A program made the translations under genes and the position numbers. Shown one piece after another: positions 10,303-19,732 of a stretch of 64,000 nucleotides of DNA. Every line of letters begins with the position of its first letter. The first letter of the stretch is position 1. The notes beneath the pieces are model-generated. The model saw nothing but the letters and a program-made list of their open reading frames with translations, was not told the origin of the DNA and did not search any database. The DNA comes from Candidatus Binatia bacterium (GTDB taxonomy: Bacteria; Desulfobacterota; Binatia; Bin18): positions 32,001 through 96,000 of the forward strand of contig CAXXHG010000008.1 in the NCBI GenBank assembly GCA_963666315.2, written 5' to 3'.

Positions 10303-11673
10303 ATGGGCTGGCTCGCCCGCTGGGGAATGATCTTGACGCGCTGGACCGAGCGCTGGGTACCCGATTCTTGGGTGATTGCGGTGATGCTGACGCTTTTTGT
10401 GGCCCTGCTGGCGCTGACCATAGGCGGGGCATCCCCGAGCGCAGCATTGATGGCCTGGGGAGACGGATTGTGGGCGTTACTGAGTCTGACCATGCAATTT
10501 ACGGTCATGATGGTGGTCGCCTATGCCTGTGCCGTATCTCCGCCTCTTAAGCGGGCGCTTATCTGGATCGCCTCTCGTCCAGATCCAGATAAGCCGCGCC
10601 AAGCCATTATGTTGATGGCCTTGTTTTCTATCCTGACGGCATGGCTGAACTGGGCCCTGAGCCTGGTCATCTCCGCTGCTTTTCTGCCTTTTATCGTACG
10701 CTCTAACCCGCGCGTTGACTTCCGCTTGGTGGTGACTTGTGCCTATTTGGGCGTGGGAACAGTTTGGCATGCCGGCCTATCCGGATCTGCGCCGCTCATC
10801 ATTGCGACGCCGGATAATTTTCTGATCGAGGCCGGCGTTTTAACCGAAACCATTCCGACCACCGAGACCATGTTTGCCGCGTTTAATCTGTGGTACGCCT
10901 TCCTGGCCGGGCTCAGCGGCATTCTCATTGCCGCTGTTCTTGTGCCACCGACTTCAGATGCAGTGACGGCGTCGCCTGAGCAAGCCGACCGCCTGGAATC
11001 TATGCATGAACCCATAGTGAAACCAGAAGCCATGCGGCCTGCGGAGAAAATGGAATGGTGGCCCGGCTGGTCCCTCATGGCGAGTGGTGCAATGTTCCTG
11101 TATTTCGTCCTGCAGGTTCGAGAAAAAGGTTTTGGACAGACCTGGACGATTGATAATTACAATCTGCTGTTTCTCGCTCTTGGCCTGCTGCTGCACTGGC
11201 ATCCAAAATCATTCCTATATGCGTGCGAGCAGGGGATTAAGAATACCTGGGGCATTGTGATCCAGTACCCCTTGTATGCGGGTATTTTTGGTCTGATGTC
11301 GTACACCGCACTCGGTGAGGTTTTGGCTGAGTTTTTTGTCAGCGTAAGTTCGCCGCGCGCTTTTCCCTCTATTGTCTATCTGTACTCCGGTGTGCTGAAT
11401 TACTTTGTGCCGTCAGGCGGCTCAAAGTGGATTGTCGAGGCGTCTTATCTCATTCCTGCGGGCCAGGCGCTGGGGCTGTCTATTCCTACTGTTACGCTCA
11501 GCTACGCGTACGGTGACATGACAACCAATCTGCTTCAGCCGTTTTGGGCTATTCCGATTCTGACCGTGGCTGGCCTAAGGTTTGGCGACATCATGGGCTA
11601 CTGCTTTCTTTTTGCCGGTTTTATGCTTATCTTTAACATCCTGGCGTTATTGCTGATTCCGCTTCAGCTCTAG
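10303..11673 (+). CDS. atoE: Short-chain fatty acid transporter (AtoE/TIGR00366 family)
   Basis: ERWVPD, WGDGLW, WHAGLSGSAPL, QYPLYAGI, FVPSGGSKW, YGDxxTNLLQPFWA; multi-TM. Confidence 0.88.
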   Translation: MGWLARWGMILTRWTERWVPDSWVIAVMLTLFVALLALTIGGASPSAALMAWGDGLWALLSLTMQFTVMMVVAYACAVSPPLKRALIWIASRPDPDKPRQAIMLMALFSILTAWLNWALSLVISAAFLPFIVRSNPRVDFRLVVTCAYLGVGTVWHAGLSGSAPLIIATPDNFLIEAGVLTETIPTTETMFAAFNLWYAFLAGLSGILIAAVLVPPTSDAVTASPEQADRLESMHEPIVKPEAMRPAEKMEWWPGWSLMASGAMFLYFVLQVREKGFGQTWTIDNYNLLFLALGLLLHWHPKSFLYACEQGIKNTWGIVIQYPLYAGIFGLMSYTALGEVLAEFFVSVSSPRAFPSIVYLYSGVLNYFVPSGGSKWIVEASYLIPAGQALGLSIPTVTLSYAYGDMTTNLLQPFWAIPILTVAGLRFGDIMGYCFLFAGFMLIFNILALLLIPLQL

Positions 11674-11724
11674 TCCTGAGTGCGCTGAGAGCGCTCTCTG
11701 TTTGGGACGAGAAGACCGGGCGGG

Positions 11725-12081
11725 TTAGGAATCAGTTTTCGCCGGTGTATAGATGGGGGTCGGGAACTGGGTGACCTTGCCGTCGGACTTGGAAGCCGGA
11801 TGAATCTTGCTGGAGCCGCGCTGTTCCACTTCATCGATACGGACGACCGAGTGGAGCGGAATATAGGTCCGTTCAACAGCGGAGAATTCGCGCTGCAGGC
11901 TCTCTTCTGCTGGATCGATCACCAGGCTGGATTTTTCGCCAAACAAAAGACCCTCGACTTCGACAAAGCCGAACATTCCGCCCTGCCCGACGCTTTTGGC
12001 GTAGATTTCGTATACCTTGCCTTCATTGACGAAAATGACTTTGTAAACCCTTTTTTTCCGAGATGTTCGTGTCGTTGTCAT
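11725..12081 (-). CDS. DUF1820 family protein
   Basis: YKVIFVNEGKVYEIYAK...FGFVEVE...IPLHSVVRIDEV. Confidence 0.82.
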   Translation of the reverse strand: MTTTRTSRKKRVYKVIFVNEGKVYEIYAKSVGQGGMFGFVEVEGLLFGEKSSLVIDPAEESLQREFSAVERTYIPLHSVVRIDEVEQRGSSKIHPASKSDGKVTQFPTPIYTPAKTDS

Positions 12082-12156
12082 AGCGTTTGATTCTACCTTT
12101 AGGCACAAAGATTGGTCCTCGGTACGTGATTGTCAACCCGTCAGCGAGTCAAATTG

Positions 12157-13695
12157 TTAGCGGCTTCGTATCCACAGGGTGATCAGCGCGCGCTCAAACC
12201 TCTTCGCTCGTTCTGTCCACGCGCGCGCTCGTGGTGGGGTGCGGGTATCCCCAATATCTAACGCCACATCAAAAGCTGAGCGTTTAGCAAAGTTTGTGAC
12301 CAGGATAGCAAATCCCAGCCGGTGTCCGGTATGTGTGGTGAGTGTCCCGGCAAGGCCATCGGCATAGCTCATAGTTCCCGACTTTGCTTTGACTTTTGTT
12401 CGGAGTCGAGTCTTATCATCACCCCAAGCCGGATGCGGCAAGAGGTCGAGGAAGGTGCTACCGTTGTCTTGCCCCACCGGGAGCGTTGCGCCGTGGCGTA
12501 TGGCTGCGGCAAGCTGGCGCGGCGAGTGGCGTGAAGCACTACTCAAGCCCGAGTGGTTTATGCTCACAAACCGAGTCCAATCCGTCTCCGGCAGGCGACG
12601 ACGATACCAATCCGTGAGCAGGGCGCTCGAATCGGCAAGCGATAACGGCAGGTCTCGTAATGCGCGGGCCGTGACTTGGCCAATTAATTCAGCGGATAAG
12701 TTACTACTATAGCGGAGAACGTCGGCGATAATTTTTGGCAGTGGCTTGCTGTAGTGGGTATACAGCAAGCGGGCGTGAGGCGGTGCTTGAGCCGCTTGGG
12801 GAGTCGGCAGCTGAATACCACGGGTGCGACAATAGGTCCGAAACAGGGAGGCCGCCAGCCGTCCTGGTGCGTGCTTCACCGGCAGTTCCTTCACCCCCCG
12901 AGCCGGTAACTGGCGCGACAGGAGCCAGCGATCCATCTGGCTGCCATCCAGGAGGAAGGACGTCTTCGCAGCATGTCCTGCGGGCAGCAGGCCGATGCTG
13001 ATCCCAGACACAGGTAGGAAAACGCCATCGGCGGGGGAACGCAGTCGCGTCCGAAAATTCTTGGTCCCCGGCTTGCCTTTCCAACGTAACTCAACACGAT
13101 TGTAATTGAGCGAGAGGGCACTGACTCCTGGGTTGTACACGGCTGCGACCGGCTGGGTGACGTCGATCTGATCTGTCGCCGCGGTGAAGCTTTCATCAAA
13201 CAGGAAAAGTCCGCTCAGCTGTGTAATCCCGGCGGCTCTGAGTGCATCGACAAAGCCCCCCAGGTCGGTGGTGGATAACGTTGGATCACCACCCCCAACG
13301 ATATACAGGTCTCCGTCCAAGGTTGTCTGGTGGACTTCTCCGGTTGCCAACAGCAACGTCCCAAAGCGGTAGTCCGACCCCAGAATTTCTAGCGCGGCAA
13401 GCGCGGTAACGAGTTTTGTTGTGGACGCTGGGATACGAGGGGTATCCGGATCATGGGCTGAGACAACGCGGCCGGTGGCGAGATGAAACAAGATGTAGCT
13501 GACATCTGTGGCTTGGAGTGTATGCCGTTTCAGAAGACGGTTCAAAGACGGCAGGTGGGGCGTGGCTGCAGGCGCGACAGGCGCGACAGGCGGGAAGGCC
13601 CAGGCGACACCCAGCAGACCTATCAGCACGAGAGAGACACTGACTGCTGATAGCCCGCGCGTACGGAATCTCAAGGAGAGTGCGCAGAGGCGCAT
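12157..13695 (-). CDS. dacB: D-Ala-D-Ala carboxypeptidase/endopeptidase (PBP4, S13 family)
   Basis: PASTTK (SxxK), GGGDPTL, SSN (SxN), SGLS, KSGT; N-terminal signal segment. Confidence 0.9.
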   Translation of the reverse strand: MRLCALSLRFRTRGLSAVSVSLVLIGLLGVAWAFPPVAPVAPAATPHLPSLNRLLKRHTLQATDVSYILFHLATGRVVSAHDPDTPRIPASTTKLVTALAALEILGSDYRFGTLLLATGEVHQTTLDGDLYIVGGGDPTLSTTDLGGFVDALRAAGITQLSGLFLFDESFTAATDQIDVTQPVAAVYNPGVSALSLNYNRVELRWKGKPGTKNFRTRLRSPADGVFLPVSGISIGLLPAGHAAKTSFLLDGSQMDRWLLSRQLPARGVKELPVKHAPGRLAASLFRTYCRTRGIQLPTPQAAQAPPHARLLYTHYSKPLPKIIADVLRYSSNLSAELIGQVTARALRDLPLSLADSSALLTDWYRRRLPETDWTRFVSINHSGLSSASRHSPRQLAAAIRHGATLPVGQDNGSTFLDLLPHPAWGDDKTRLRTKVKAKSGTMSYADGLAGTLTTHTGHRLGFAILVTNFAKRSAFDVALDIGDTRTPPRARAWTERAKRFERALITLWIRSR

Positions 13696-13721
13696 CCGAT
13701 TTCCGATTGTCTATCCCTCCT

Positions 13722-14885
13722 TTAGCGTAACAATGCCCGCGCTATGACCATGCGGTGGACCTCGGACGGTCCCTCGCCAATACGGCGCACACGCGCCTCA
13801 CGATACCAGCGTTCAAGCGGGAACTCTTTTGAGACGCCGTATCCGCCATGGATTTGCACCGCATTATCGATCACTCGACTGAGCATTTCGCTTGAGTATA
13901 GCTTGGCGATAGAGGCTTCGACCCGGGCGTCTTCCCCCCGGTCGGCTTTCCATGCCCCGTCCCAGATGAGCCAGCGGGTGGCGCGTAGTTCTACTTCCGC
14001 ATCGGCGAGCATCCATTGAATGGCCTGGCGTTGGCTGAGTAACTCACCGAATGTCTCACGTTGTTTTGAGTATGCAATCGCCATCCGATGCGCGGCTACT
14101 GCCACGCCAAGGTTAGCCGCAGAATAGGGAAAACGGGCTTTGGTCAATAAATCGAAGCATAAATACAACCCTTGGCCTTCTTCGCCGATCAGGTTCTCCG
14201 CTGGGACACGGCAGTCCTCAAAGGAGACTTCATTCGGAAGAGAGACGGTGCGAATTGTCTGGAACGGCCGGGCAGTAAATCCAGGCGTGTCTTTGTCAAT
14301 AATAAAGCAGCTGATGCCTTTGCGCCCTTTGTCAGGATCGGTTCGGACAAAGACAACGCCCCAGTCAGCTTCATGGGCGTGGGAGATAAAAGTTTTTGTA
14401 CCATTAATCACCCACGAATCCCCATCTCGTACCGCCCGGGTGAGAATCGCTCCGGCTGGGTCTGAGCCGCCACTCGGTTCGGTGATCGCAAAAAAAGTAT
14501 ACCGCCCGTTCTGGAGTGTGGGCACGGCATATTTTTGGATTTGCTCGGGAGTGCCGGCGTAAATGGGACTCGGCGGGTAACGCCCGAACGTGCCGCAGCC
14601 GGGATTGTACAGACCCATGCGATGTTGTGCCATCTCTTCCAGCACAATGGACATACTAAAGGTATTCATCCCGCCGCCGCCATACTCTTTGGGCGCGCCA
14701 AGACACCACCAGTCTGCGGCCTTCGTCTTCGCAGCCAAGCGTTGATACACGTCGGCCGGCAAATCCGCCGCGTCCGGGTCTATGGCTTGCTCGGCTGGAA
14801 TAACTTCTTCTCGAACAAAACGCCGTATTTGATCTTTGAGCAGCTGTAGTTCTTGAGGCAGGGTATAACCCGGGAAATCACTCAT
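13722..14885 (-). CDS. Acyl-CoA dehydrogenase
   Basis: FAITEPSGGSD, WVINGTKTFIS, RETFG, QIHGGYG, RIGEGPSEVHR. Confidence 0.93.
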   Translation of the reverse strand: MSDFPGYTLPQELQLLKDQIRRFVREEVIPAEQAIDPDAADLPADVYQRLAAKTKAADWWCLGAPKEYGGGGMNTFSMSIVLEEMAQHRMGLYNPGCGTFGRYPPSPIYAGTPEQIQKYAVPTLQNGRYTFFAITEPSGGSDPAGAILTRAVRDGDSWVINGTKTFISHAHEADWGVVFVRTDPDKGRKGISCFIIDKDTPGFTARPFQTIRTVSLPNEVSFEDCRVPAENLIGEEGQGLYLCFDLLTKARFPYSAANLGVAVAAHRMAIAYSKQRETFGELLSQRQAIQWMLADAEVELRATRWLIWDGAWKADRGEDARVEASIAKLYSSEMLSRVIDNAVQIHGGYGVSKEFPLERWYREARVRRIGEGPSEVHRMVIARALLR

Positions 14886-14905
14886 AGGCAGTCCTTGCGG
14901 TTAAG

Positions 14906-14976
14906 GTAGGGGCGAAGCATTCTCTCTCTCACTACAGGAAACGTCTCGGCCGCACAGGAGAATGCTTCGCCCCTAC
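14906..14976. repeat. GTAG-type REP inverted pair (REPIN-like)
   Basis: GTAGGGGCGAAGCATTCTC (14906-14924) and its exact reverse complement (14958-14976), intergenic. Confidence 0.8.
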
Positions 14977-14985
14977 GATAGGTGG

Positions 14986-15408
14986 TTAACCAGCGCGTTT
15001 GAATTTTGGAAGGGTCACCTCTGGGGTGACATCGTCAAAGACGACCTCAACTGGGAGGTCAAGCTTCAGCTCCTCTGGTGCGACATCAGTCAGCCAACTC
15101 AGCATCCGCACGCCTTCTTCCATTTCAATAATCACCGGACTGTATGGAATCAGATCCGCAAACTGCGGCAACATAGGCTGCATAGCCGTCGTCCACGAGA
15201 ACAGCTTCCCTTTGCCGGATGACTGCGCCCATTCCCAATCAAATGAGCTACACTTGGCGCACATATCGCGTGGGACATGCCGCCAGGTTTGACAGCCCGT
15301 ACAGCGCTGAAAACGGAGTTCGTGCTTTTTGCAATAATTATAGAACTCGCCCGCGAAGCCGCGCATCTTTGGGAGCGGCCGTGTATATTCTTGTGTTTCT
15401 GTTGGCAT
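14986..15408 (-). CDS. DUF35 Zn-ribbon/OB-fold protein (ChsH2-like)
   Basis: QRCTGC...PRDMCAKC, SGKGKLFSWT, EMEEGVRM, PVEVVF. Confidence 0.9.
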   Translation of the reverse strand: MPTETQEYTRPLPKMRGFAGEFYNYCKKHELRFQRCTGCQTWRHVPRDMCAKCSSFDWEWAQSSGKGKLFSWTTAMQPMLPQFADLIPYSPVIIEMEEGVRMLSWLTDVAPEELKLDLPVEVVFDDVTPEVTLPKFKRAG

Positions 15409-15447
15409 GCTTGCATCCTCCGCAGTTCCTGTGTATCCGCTCCCTCT

Positions 15448-16632
15448 TTAACGGCGTAAGATCGCCAGACTCCCGTCACCAAAATCTCCCCAGCCCGTAA
15501 CCAGCCCGAGCTGGGCGTCTTTGACCTGGCGTTTGCCTGCCTCGTGACGTAACTGATGGGCGGCTTCCACGATGTGGTTCATACCCCATACATGGGCTTC
15601 TGAGTGCAGACCGCCATGCGTATTCAGCGGCAGCTCACCGTCGAGTTCAAATCGATTCCCCCGTGCAAAGTCGCCCACCTCACCACGTTTGCAAAATCCA
15701 ATGGCTTCCAGCTGAAGCAGGACGACATAGGTAAAGCAGTCATAGATTTCGGCAAAGTCGAGGTCTTTGAGGTCAACTTGCGCCATGTGGAGCGCTTTTG
15801 GGGTGGCGAAGCTGAGCCCAATCTTAAACGGGTCAGGACGGGCGGGAATGTCATCTGCCGGGTAGGGGTGGCCTTCGGCAATCCCGGAAATATACACCGG
15901 GTCATGCTTGAGATCGCGCGCGCGCTCAGGAGACGTAACGACCACTGCTGCAGCCCCATCGGTTTCTAAGCAGCAGTCAAAGAGGCGGAAGGGTTTGGAC
16001 ACCCAGCGCGCATTGAGGTAGTCCTCCATAGAGAGCGGACGGCCCTGCATATAGGCTTTGTCGTTCAGCTGGGCGTGTTTCCGCGAGGTGACGGCAATGG
16101 TACCCATGGCTTCGTCCGGGGTGCCGTACAGCGCTTTATGCCGAGTGGCCAGCCAGGCGTACCATTGGACCGGAACGTTCGCCCCGTAGGGGAGATAATA
16201 TTCTCCAATGGTGTTTGCCAGTGCCCCTGGAGCGCCGCCGCCGCCACCATTCGCCTTCTTTTTCCCACCCATATCGCGCACGCGCATAGTGGAATAGCCG
16301 TTCCAGCCGAGCGGGACTAAGACGTTCTTTGCCACGCCGCAGGCCACGGCCATGGTTGCGCTCTGGAGCGAGGTGATGGGACTCGCCCCACCCATATGGA
16401 CGGTGACGGCGTAGCGGAGGTCTTCTATGCCCAGGTTGGCGGCAAAATGTTCAGACGTTGCGGCCAGAGGCGGGGGGATGATGCCGGCGATATCATGCGG
16501 GCTCAGGCCTGCATCGGTTATCGCGTTTACCGATGCTTCGAGCATGAGTGCTAGGTCAGTCTTCCCCGAGCCGCGCGTATACGCGGTCTCCCCGACGCCT
16601 ACGATACAGGCTTGATCTTTCAGCGCGTACAT
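15448..16632 (-). CDS. Thiolase-fold protein, Ltp2/SCP2-thiolase-like
   Basis: IVGVGET, DCCLETDGAAA, YDCFT, NTHGGLHSEAH; AAGGAGG RBS before ATG 16632. Confidence 0.88.
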   Translation of the reverse strand: MYALKDQACIVGVGETAYTRGSGKTDLALMLEASVNAITDAGLSPHDIAGIIPPPLAATSEHFAANLGIEDLRYAVTVHMGGASPITSLQSATMAVACGVAKNVLVPLGWNGYSTMRVRDMGGKKKANGGGGGAPGALANTIGEYYLPYGANVPVQWYAWLATRHKALYGTPDEAMGTIAVTSRKHAQLNDKAYMQGRPLSMEDYLNARWVSKPFRLFDCCLETDGAAAVVVTSPERARDLKHDPVYISGIAEGHPYPADDIPARPDPFKIGLSFATPKALHMAQVDLKDLDFAEIYDCFTYVVLLQLEAIGFCKRGEVGDFARGNRFELDGELPLNTHGGLHSEAHVWGMNHIVEAAHQLRHEAGKRQVKDAQLGLVTGWGDFGDGSLAILRR

Positions 16633-16819
16633 AACTGCCTCCTTGTTTCTGTACTCACGGCGCAGATCGTATACTGGGGATGGGCGGATTGTAAAGCCGA
16701 AGTTGTAGGGTCGGCTTTGACTCGTATTGGTTGGGTTGGTAGGCTGCTTGTGTTGATGATACGTCACTAAAAGTTTTTCAATATGACTAATGTGATTTAG
16801 GCACAAGGTGAGAGACCGT

Positions 16820-17719
16820 ATGAAGATTCGTGACCTTTTTCGCTCCCAAGAGCAAACATTTTCCTTTGAATTTTTCCCGCCCAAGTCGCTTGAGGATGTG
16901 GACGCGCTCTTTGATCGCGCGTGGGAACTTCAGCAGCTTGGTGTAAGCTTTTGCTCTGTCACCTATGGTGCCGGCGGCTCAACTCGCAAAAATACGATAG
17001 ACCTGGTGTGTCGGTTGCAATCCGAACTCGACCTGGTCGCCATGGCCCACCTCACCTGCGTGGGTCACACTCAGGCTGAGCTGCGGGAGGTCCTGCACGA
17101 ACTCCAGGACCGGGGGGTGGAGAACCTGATGTGTCTGCGTGGCGATCCGCCCCAGGGCCAAACCGAGTTCATTCCCACCCCAGACGGATTTTCGTACGCA
17201 GCCGAATTGGTACAACTGGTCCGTACTGTTGGCGACTTTTGTATTGGGGTGGCAGGCTATCCAGAGACCCACCCTGAATGTCCGGGTAAGCAGCTGGATC
17301 TGGAGCATCTTCAGGCCAAAGTCGATTGCGGAGCCGATTTTGTTACGACCCAGCTCTTCTTTAACAGCCAGGATTATTTTGATTTTGTTGATTGGGCCAC
17401 ACGCGTCGGCATTCAGCAACGTATTATTCCCGGCATCATGCCGATCACGAACTATCGGCAAATTGTCCGTTTCACCGGTATGTGTGGCGCCGCCATTCCA
17501 CCTGAGTTGCATGCACGCTTAGGGCCGGTGGCGGATGACCCTGATGCGGTCTTAGAAATTGGGGTCGATTGGGCGTGGCGTCAGTGCGAGGCGTTGCTGG
17601 CCGGTGGTGCACCGGGCATTCACTTCTACACCATGAATCGCTCTCGGGCGACGCAGCTTATTTTTGAGCGTTTGCGCAACAGCAGCGTCAGCTCTCTGTT
17701 GCCCACGGCTGCGGCGTAG
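16820..17719 (+). CDS. metF: 5,10-methylenetetrahydrofolate reductase
   Basis: SFEFFPPK, SVTYGAGGS, AHLTC, LRGDPP, AGYPETHP, TQLFF, HFYTMN. Confidence 0.96.
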   Translation: MKIRDLFRSQEQTFSFEFFPPKSLEDVDALFDRAWELQQLGVSFCSVTYGAGGSTRKNTIDLVCRLQSELDLVAMAHLTCVGHTQAELREVLHELQDRGVENLMCLRGDPPQGQTEFIPTPDGFSYAAELVQLVRTVGDFCIGVAGYPETHPECPGKQLDLEHLQAKVDCGADFVTTQLFFNSQDYFDFVDWATRVGIQQRIIPGIMPITNYRQIVRFTGMCGAAIPPELHARLGPVADDPDAVLEIGVDWAWRQCEALLAGGAPGIHFYTMNRSRATQLIFERLRNSSVSSLLPTAAA

Positions 17720-17847
17720 GGATCCGTTTTTTTAGAGAAAAGACGAGCCTGCCGGATCGAGGAATAGGCTGCATCTCTACACTCATTTCTGCCACATTGA
17801 CGCTCGACTCTTGGGTAGGCTATGGTCCGGCCTAAGAGGGCTTCGTT

Positions 17848-18207
17848 ATGGCTAAACGACGAGCAATGCTCCTCCTGACCTATAAGCTGGGTGCGCACGT
17901 TGACCAGCAGGAATACGAACAATGGCTGCGTGAGGTGGATAATCCATTTTTCAATAGTGTACGTGGCGTGAAGCGCTACGCCAATTGGAAAGTGCTCGAC
18001 GAAAAGCTCGGTGCGGTCGCGTTTACCCATTACGACTTGCTTGAGCTCGACGATATCGACGCGTGGGAAAAGGTCTGGGGGAATCAAAAGCTACAGGAAT
18101 TTGCCCAGGGATGGACCCAGCGTTGGTCGGTTCACGGGACCGATCAGCAATACGCGGGCCTCAATTTCCAAGTCATCCTGTGCGAAGAAATCGCAGCTCC
18201 AAATTGA
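17848..18207 (+). CDS. Dimeric alpha/beta-barrel protein, REDY/HapK-like
   Basis: YKLGAHVDQQEYEQWLREVDNP pattern resembles HapK/EthD-type barrels; TTGACG-18 nt-TATGGT upstream. Confidence 0.55.
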   Translation: MAKRRAMLLLTYKLGAHVDQQEYEQWLREVDNPFFNSVRGVKRYANWKVLDEKLGAVAFTHYDLLELDDIDAWEKVWGNQKLQEFAQGWTQRWSVHGTDQQYAGLNFQVILCEEIAAPN

Positions 18208-18267
18208 GAAAAACTAAGCGAAATTGGGCAAAATAAAGTGCTGCAGAGTGGTGCGGAGTGAACACCC

Positions 18268-19329
18268 ATGACACAAACGGCTAAGCAATCCAACCAAGTC
18301 GAAACATGCCAAGTCGAAACATTTCTGGCCGGCCTGGCCCAATTCGACATCGGGCCGTTGTGGAAAGTGCTGGGCAAGCAACTCACCCCGACACCAGAAA
18401 CTCCAGTCAAACCACACTTGTGGCGCTGGAAGGACATTCGTCCGCAGCTTTTGCGCTCGGGTGAACTGGTGACAGCTACCGAAGCTGAGCGACGCGTGCT
18501 CATGCTGCTCAACCCCGGACTCAAAGGCCGAGTTGCCACAACACATACTTTATACGCGGGTATTCAACTCATTCTGCCGGGTGAGGTGGCTCGCTCCCAT
18601 CGACATACCCCGAATGCGCTCCGCTTTATCATGGAGGGGGCAGGTGGGTATACGGTTGTTGATGGGGAAAAGCTGCCTATGCTACCCGGCGACTTTGTCG
18701 TCACCCCAAACTGGATGTGGCATGAACACGGCAGCGAGGGCGAAGTGCCGGTGATATGGCTAGACGGTTTGGACTTACCCCTGGCCGGCATGCTGGCGGG
18801 GACGTTCTTTGAACCGTCTGAAACGGAGTCACAACCGTTGACCAAACCCACGGACAGCTCAACTGCGGGCTATCAACACGGGGGCTTGCTGCCTACGTGG
18901 CAGCGCCAAGAAAGCGGAGCGTCGCCTTTACTCAAATACGCCTGGAGTGAAGCCCGTCCGGCCTTGATGGATCTCGGCGCGGGCGACGAAAGTCCATTTG
19001 ACGGCACGATGTTGGAATACGTGAATCCCGTCACCGGCGGCCCGGCACTCACCACCATGGCTAGTTTTCTGCAACGCCTGCGACCCGGACAAAAAACCCA
19101 GGCGCATCGACATAGTACCAGTAGTGTTTATTTGGCTGTCGAAGGCCATGGGCGGACGGTGATCGATACACAGGTCTTTCCCTGGGGACCGGGCGACGTG
19201 TTTGCCCTCCCCACCTGGGCGGTGCACGCGCATGAAAATAGTTCCATCTCGGAAGATGCCATTCTCTTTTCTTTTTCAGATGCGCCGGTGATGAAAGCCT
19301 TCGGTTGGTATCGCGAGCAGGCGGTATAG
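18268..19329 (+). CDS. Bicupin ring-cleavage dioxygenase (gentisate 1,2-dioxygenase family)
   Basis: RRVLMLLNPGL, GIQLILPGEVARSHRH, TPNWMWHEH, WLDGLD, YVNPVTGG, second cupin AHRH. Confidence 0.88.
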   Translation: MTQTAKQSNQVETCQVETFLAGLAQFDIGPLWKVLGKQLTPTPETPVKPHLWRWKDIRPQLLRSGELVTATEAERRVLMLLNPGLKGRVATTHTLYAGIQLILPGEVARSHRHTPNALRFIMEGAGGYTVVDGEKLPMLPGDFVVTPNWMWHEHGSEGEVPVIWLDGLDLPLAGMLAGTFFEPSETESQPLTKPTDSSTAGYQHGGLLPTWQRQESGASPLLKYAWSEARPALMDLGAGDESPFDGTMLEYVNPVTGGPALTTMASFLQRLRPGQKTQAHRHSTSSVYLAVEGHGRTVIDTQVFPWGPGDVFALPTWAVHAHENSSISEDAILFSFSDAPVMKAFGWYREQAV

Positions 19330-19341
19330 GAGCAGCCCGTC

Positions 19342-19455
19342 ATGAGTGCGTTATATGACCTCTTCTCAAACAGCCCCATACTCGTTGGTGCGGTGATTGG
19401 TGTCATCATCGCCGGCCTCGTCATCGTCGTGACTGAGGGCAAGAAGGGGCTCTGA
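19342..19455 (+). CDS. 37-aa single-pass membrane peptide (not in ORF track)
   Basis: AGGAG RBS; MSALYDLFSNSPILVGAVIGVIIAGLVIVVTEGKKGL with a hydrophobic core and KK tail; fills the gap after the dioxygenase. Confidence 0.6.
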   Translation: MSALYDLFSNSPILVGAVIGVIIAGLVIVVTEGKKGL

Positions 19456-19467
19456 GGCTTACGATAT

Positions 19468-19699
19468 ATGGCCCATATTCTCAAAGAAGATTTTGTTGCC
19501 CGCTTAGTCCAAGGGCTGGATATGCCGGCCTCAGCTGCTGGATGCCATGACGGAGTCGTGCCAGTGTGGCTCGACGCAGTGTGAAGGCTGGAAAGTCACC
19601 CGTATGCCCGACCTGGATGAAATTAAAGAGTATGGACTGGAGCAACGCTTTGCCATGTCCGGCTGGCGCACATCGTTGGCCGCCATTATCGAAGAATAA
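19468..19699 (+). pseudogene. Small Cys-motif protein with apparent +1 frameshift (or a 50-aa ORF from ATG 19547)
   Basis: MAHILKEDFVARLVQGLDMP from 19468, continuing in the next frame as PQLLDAMTESCQCGSTQCEGWKV...AAIIEE* (TAA 19697-19699). Confidence 0.45.
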
Positions 19700-19732
19700 T
19701 TTGCCTGACCGGCAAGAGCAGATGCACACGCG

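Noticed and set aside
16633-16884. Long N-terminal extension of the thiolase-like ORF, and a possible SAM riboswitch before metF
   Set aside because: A strong RBS precedes ATG 16632 and the extension overlaps metF. Only one hairpin (AAAGCCGA/TCGGCTTT) was seen, with no SAM/SAH riboswitch consensus.
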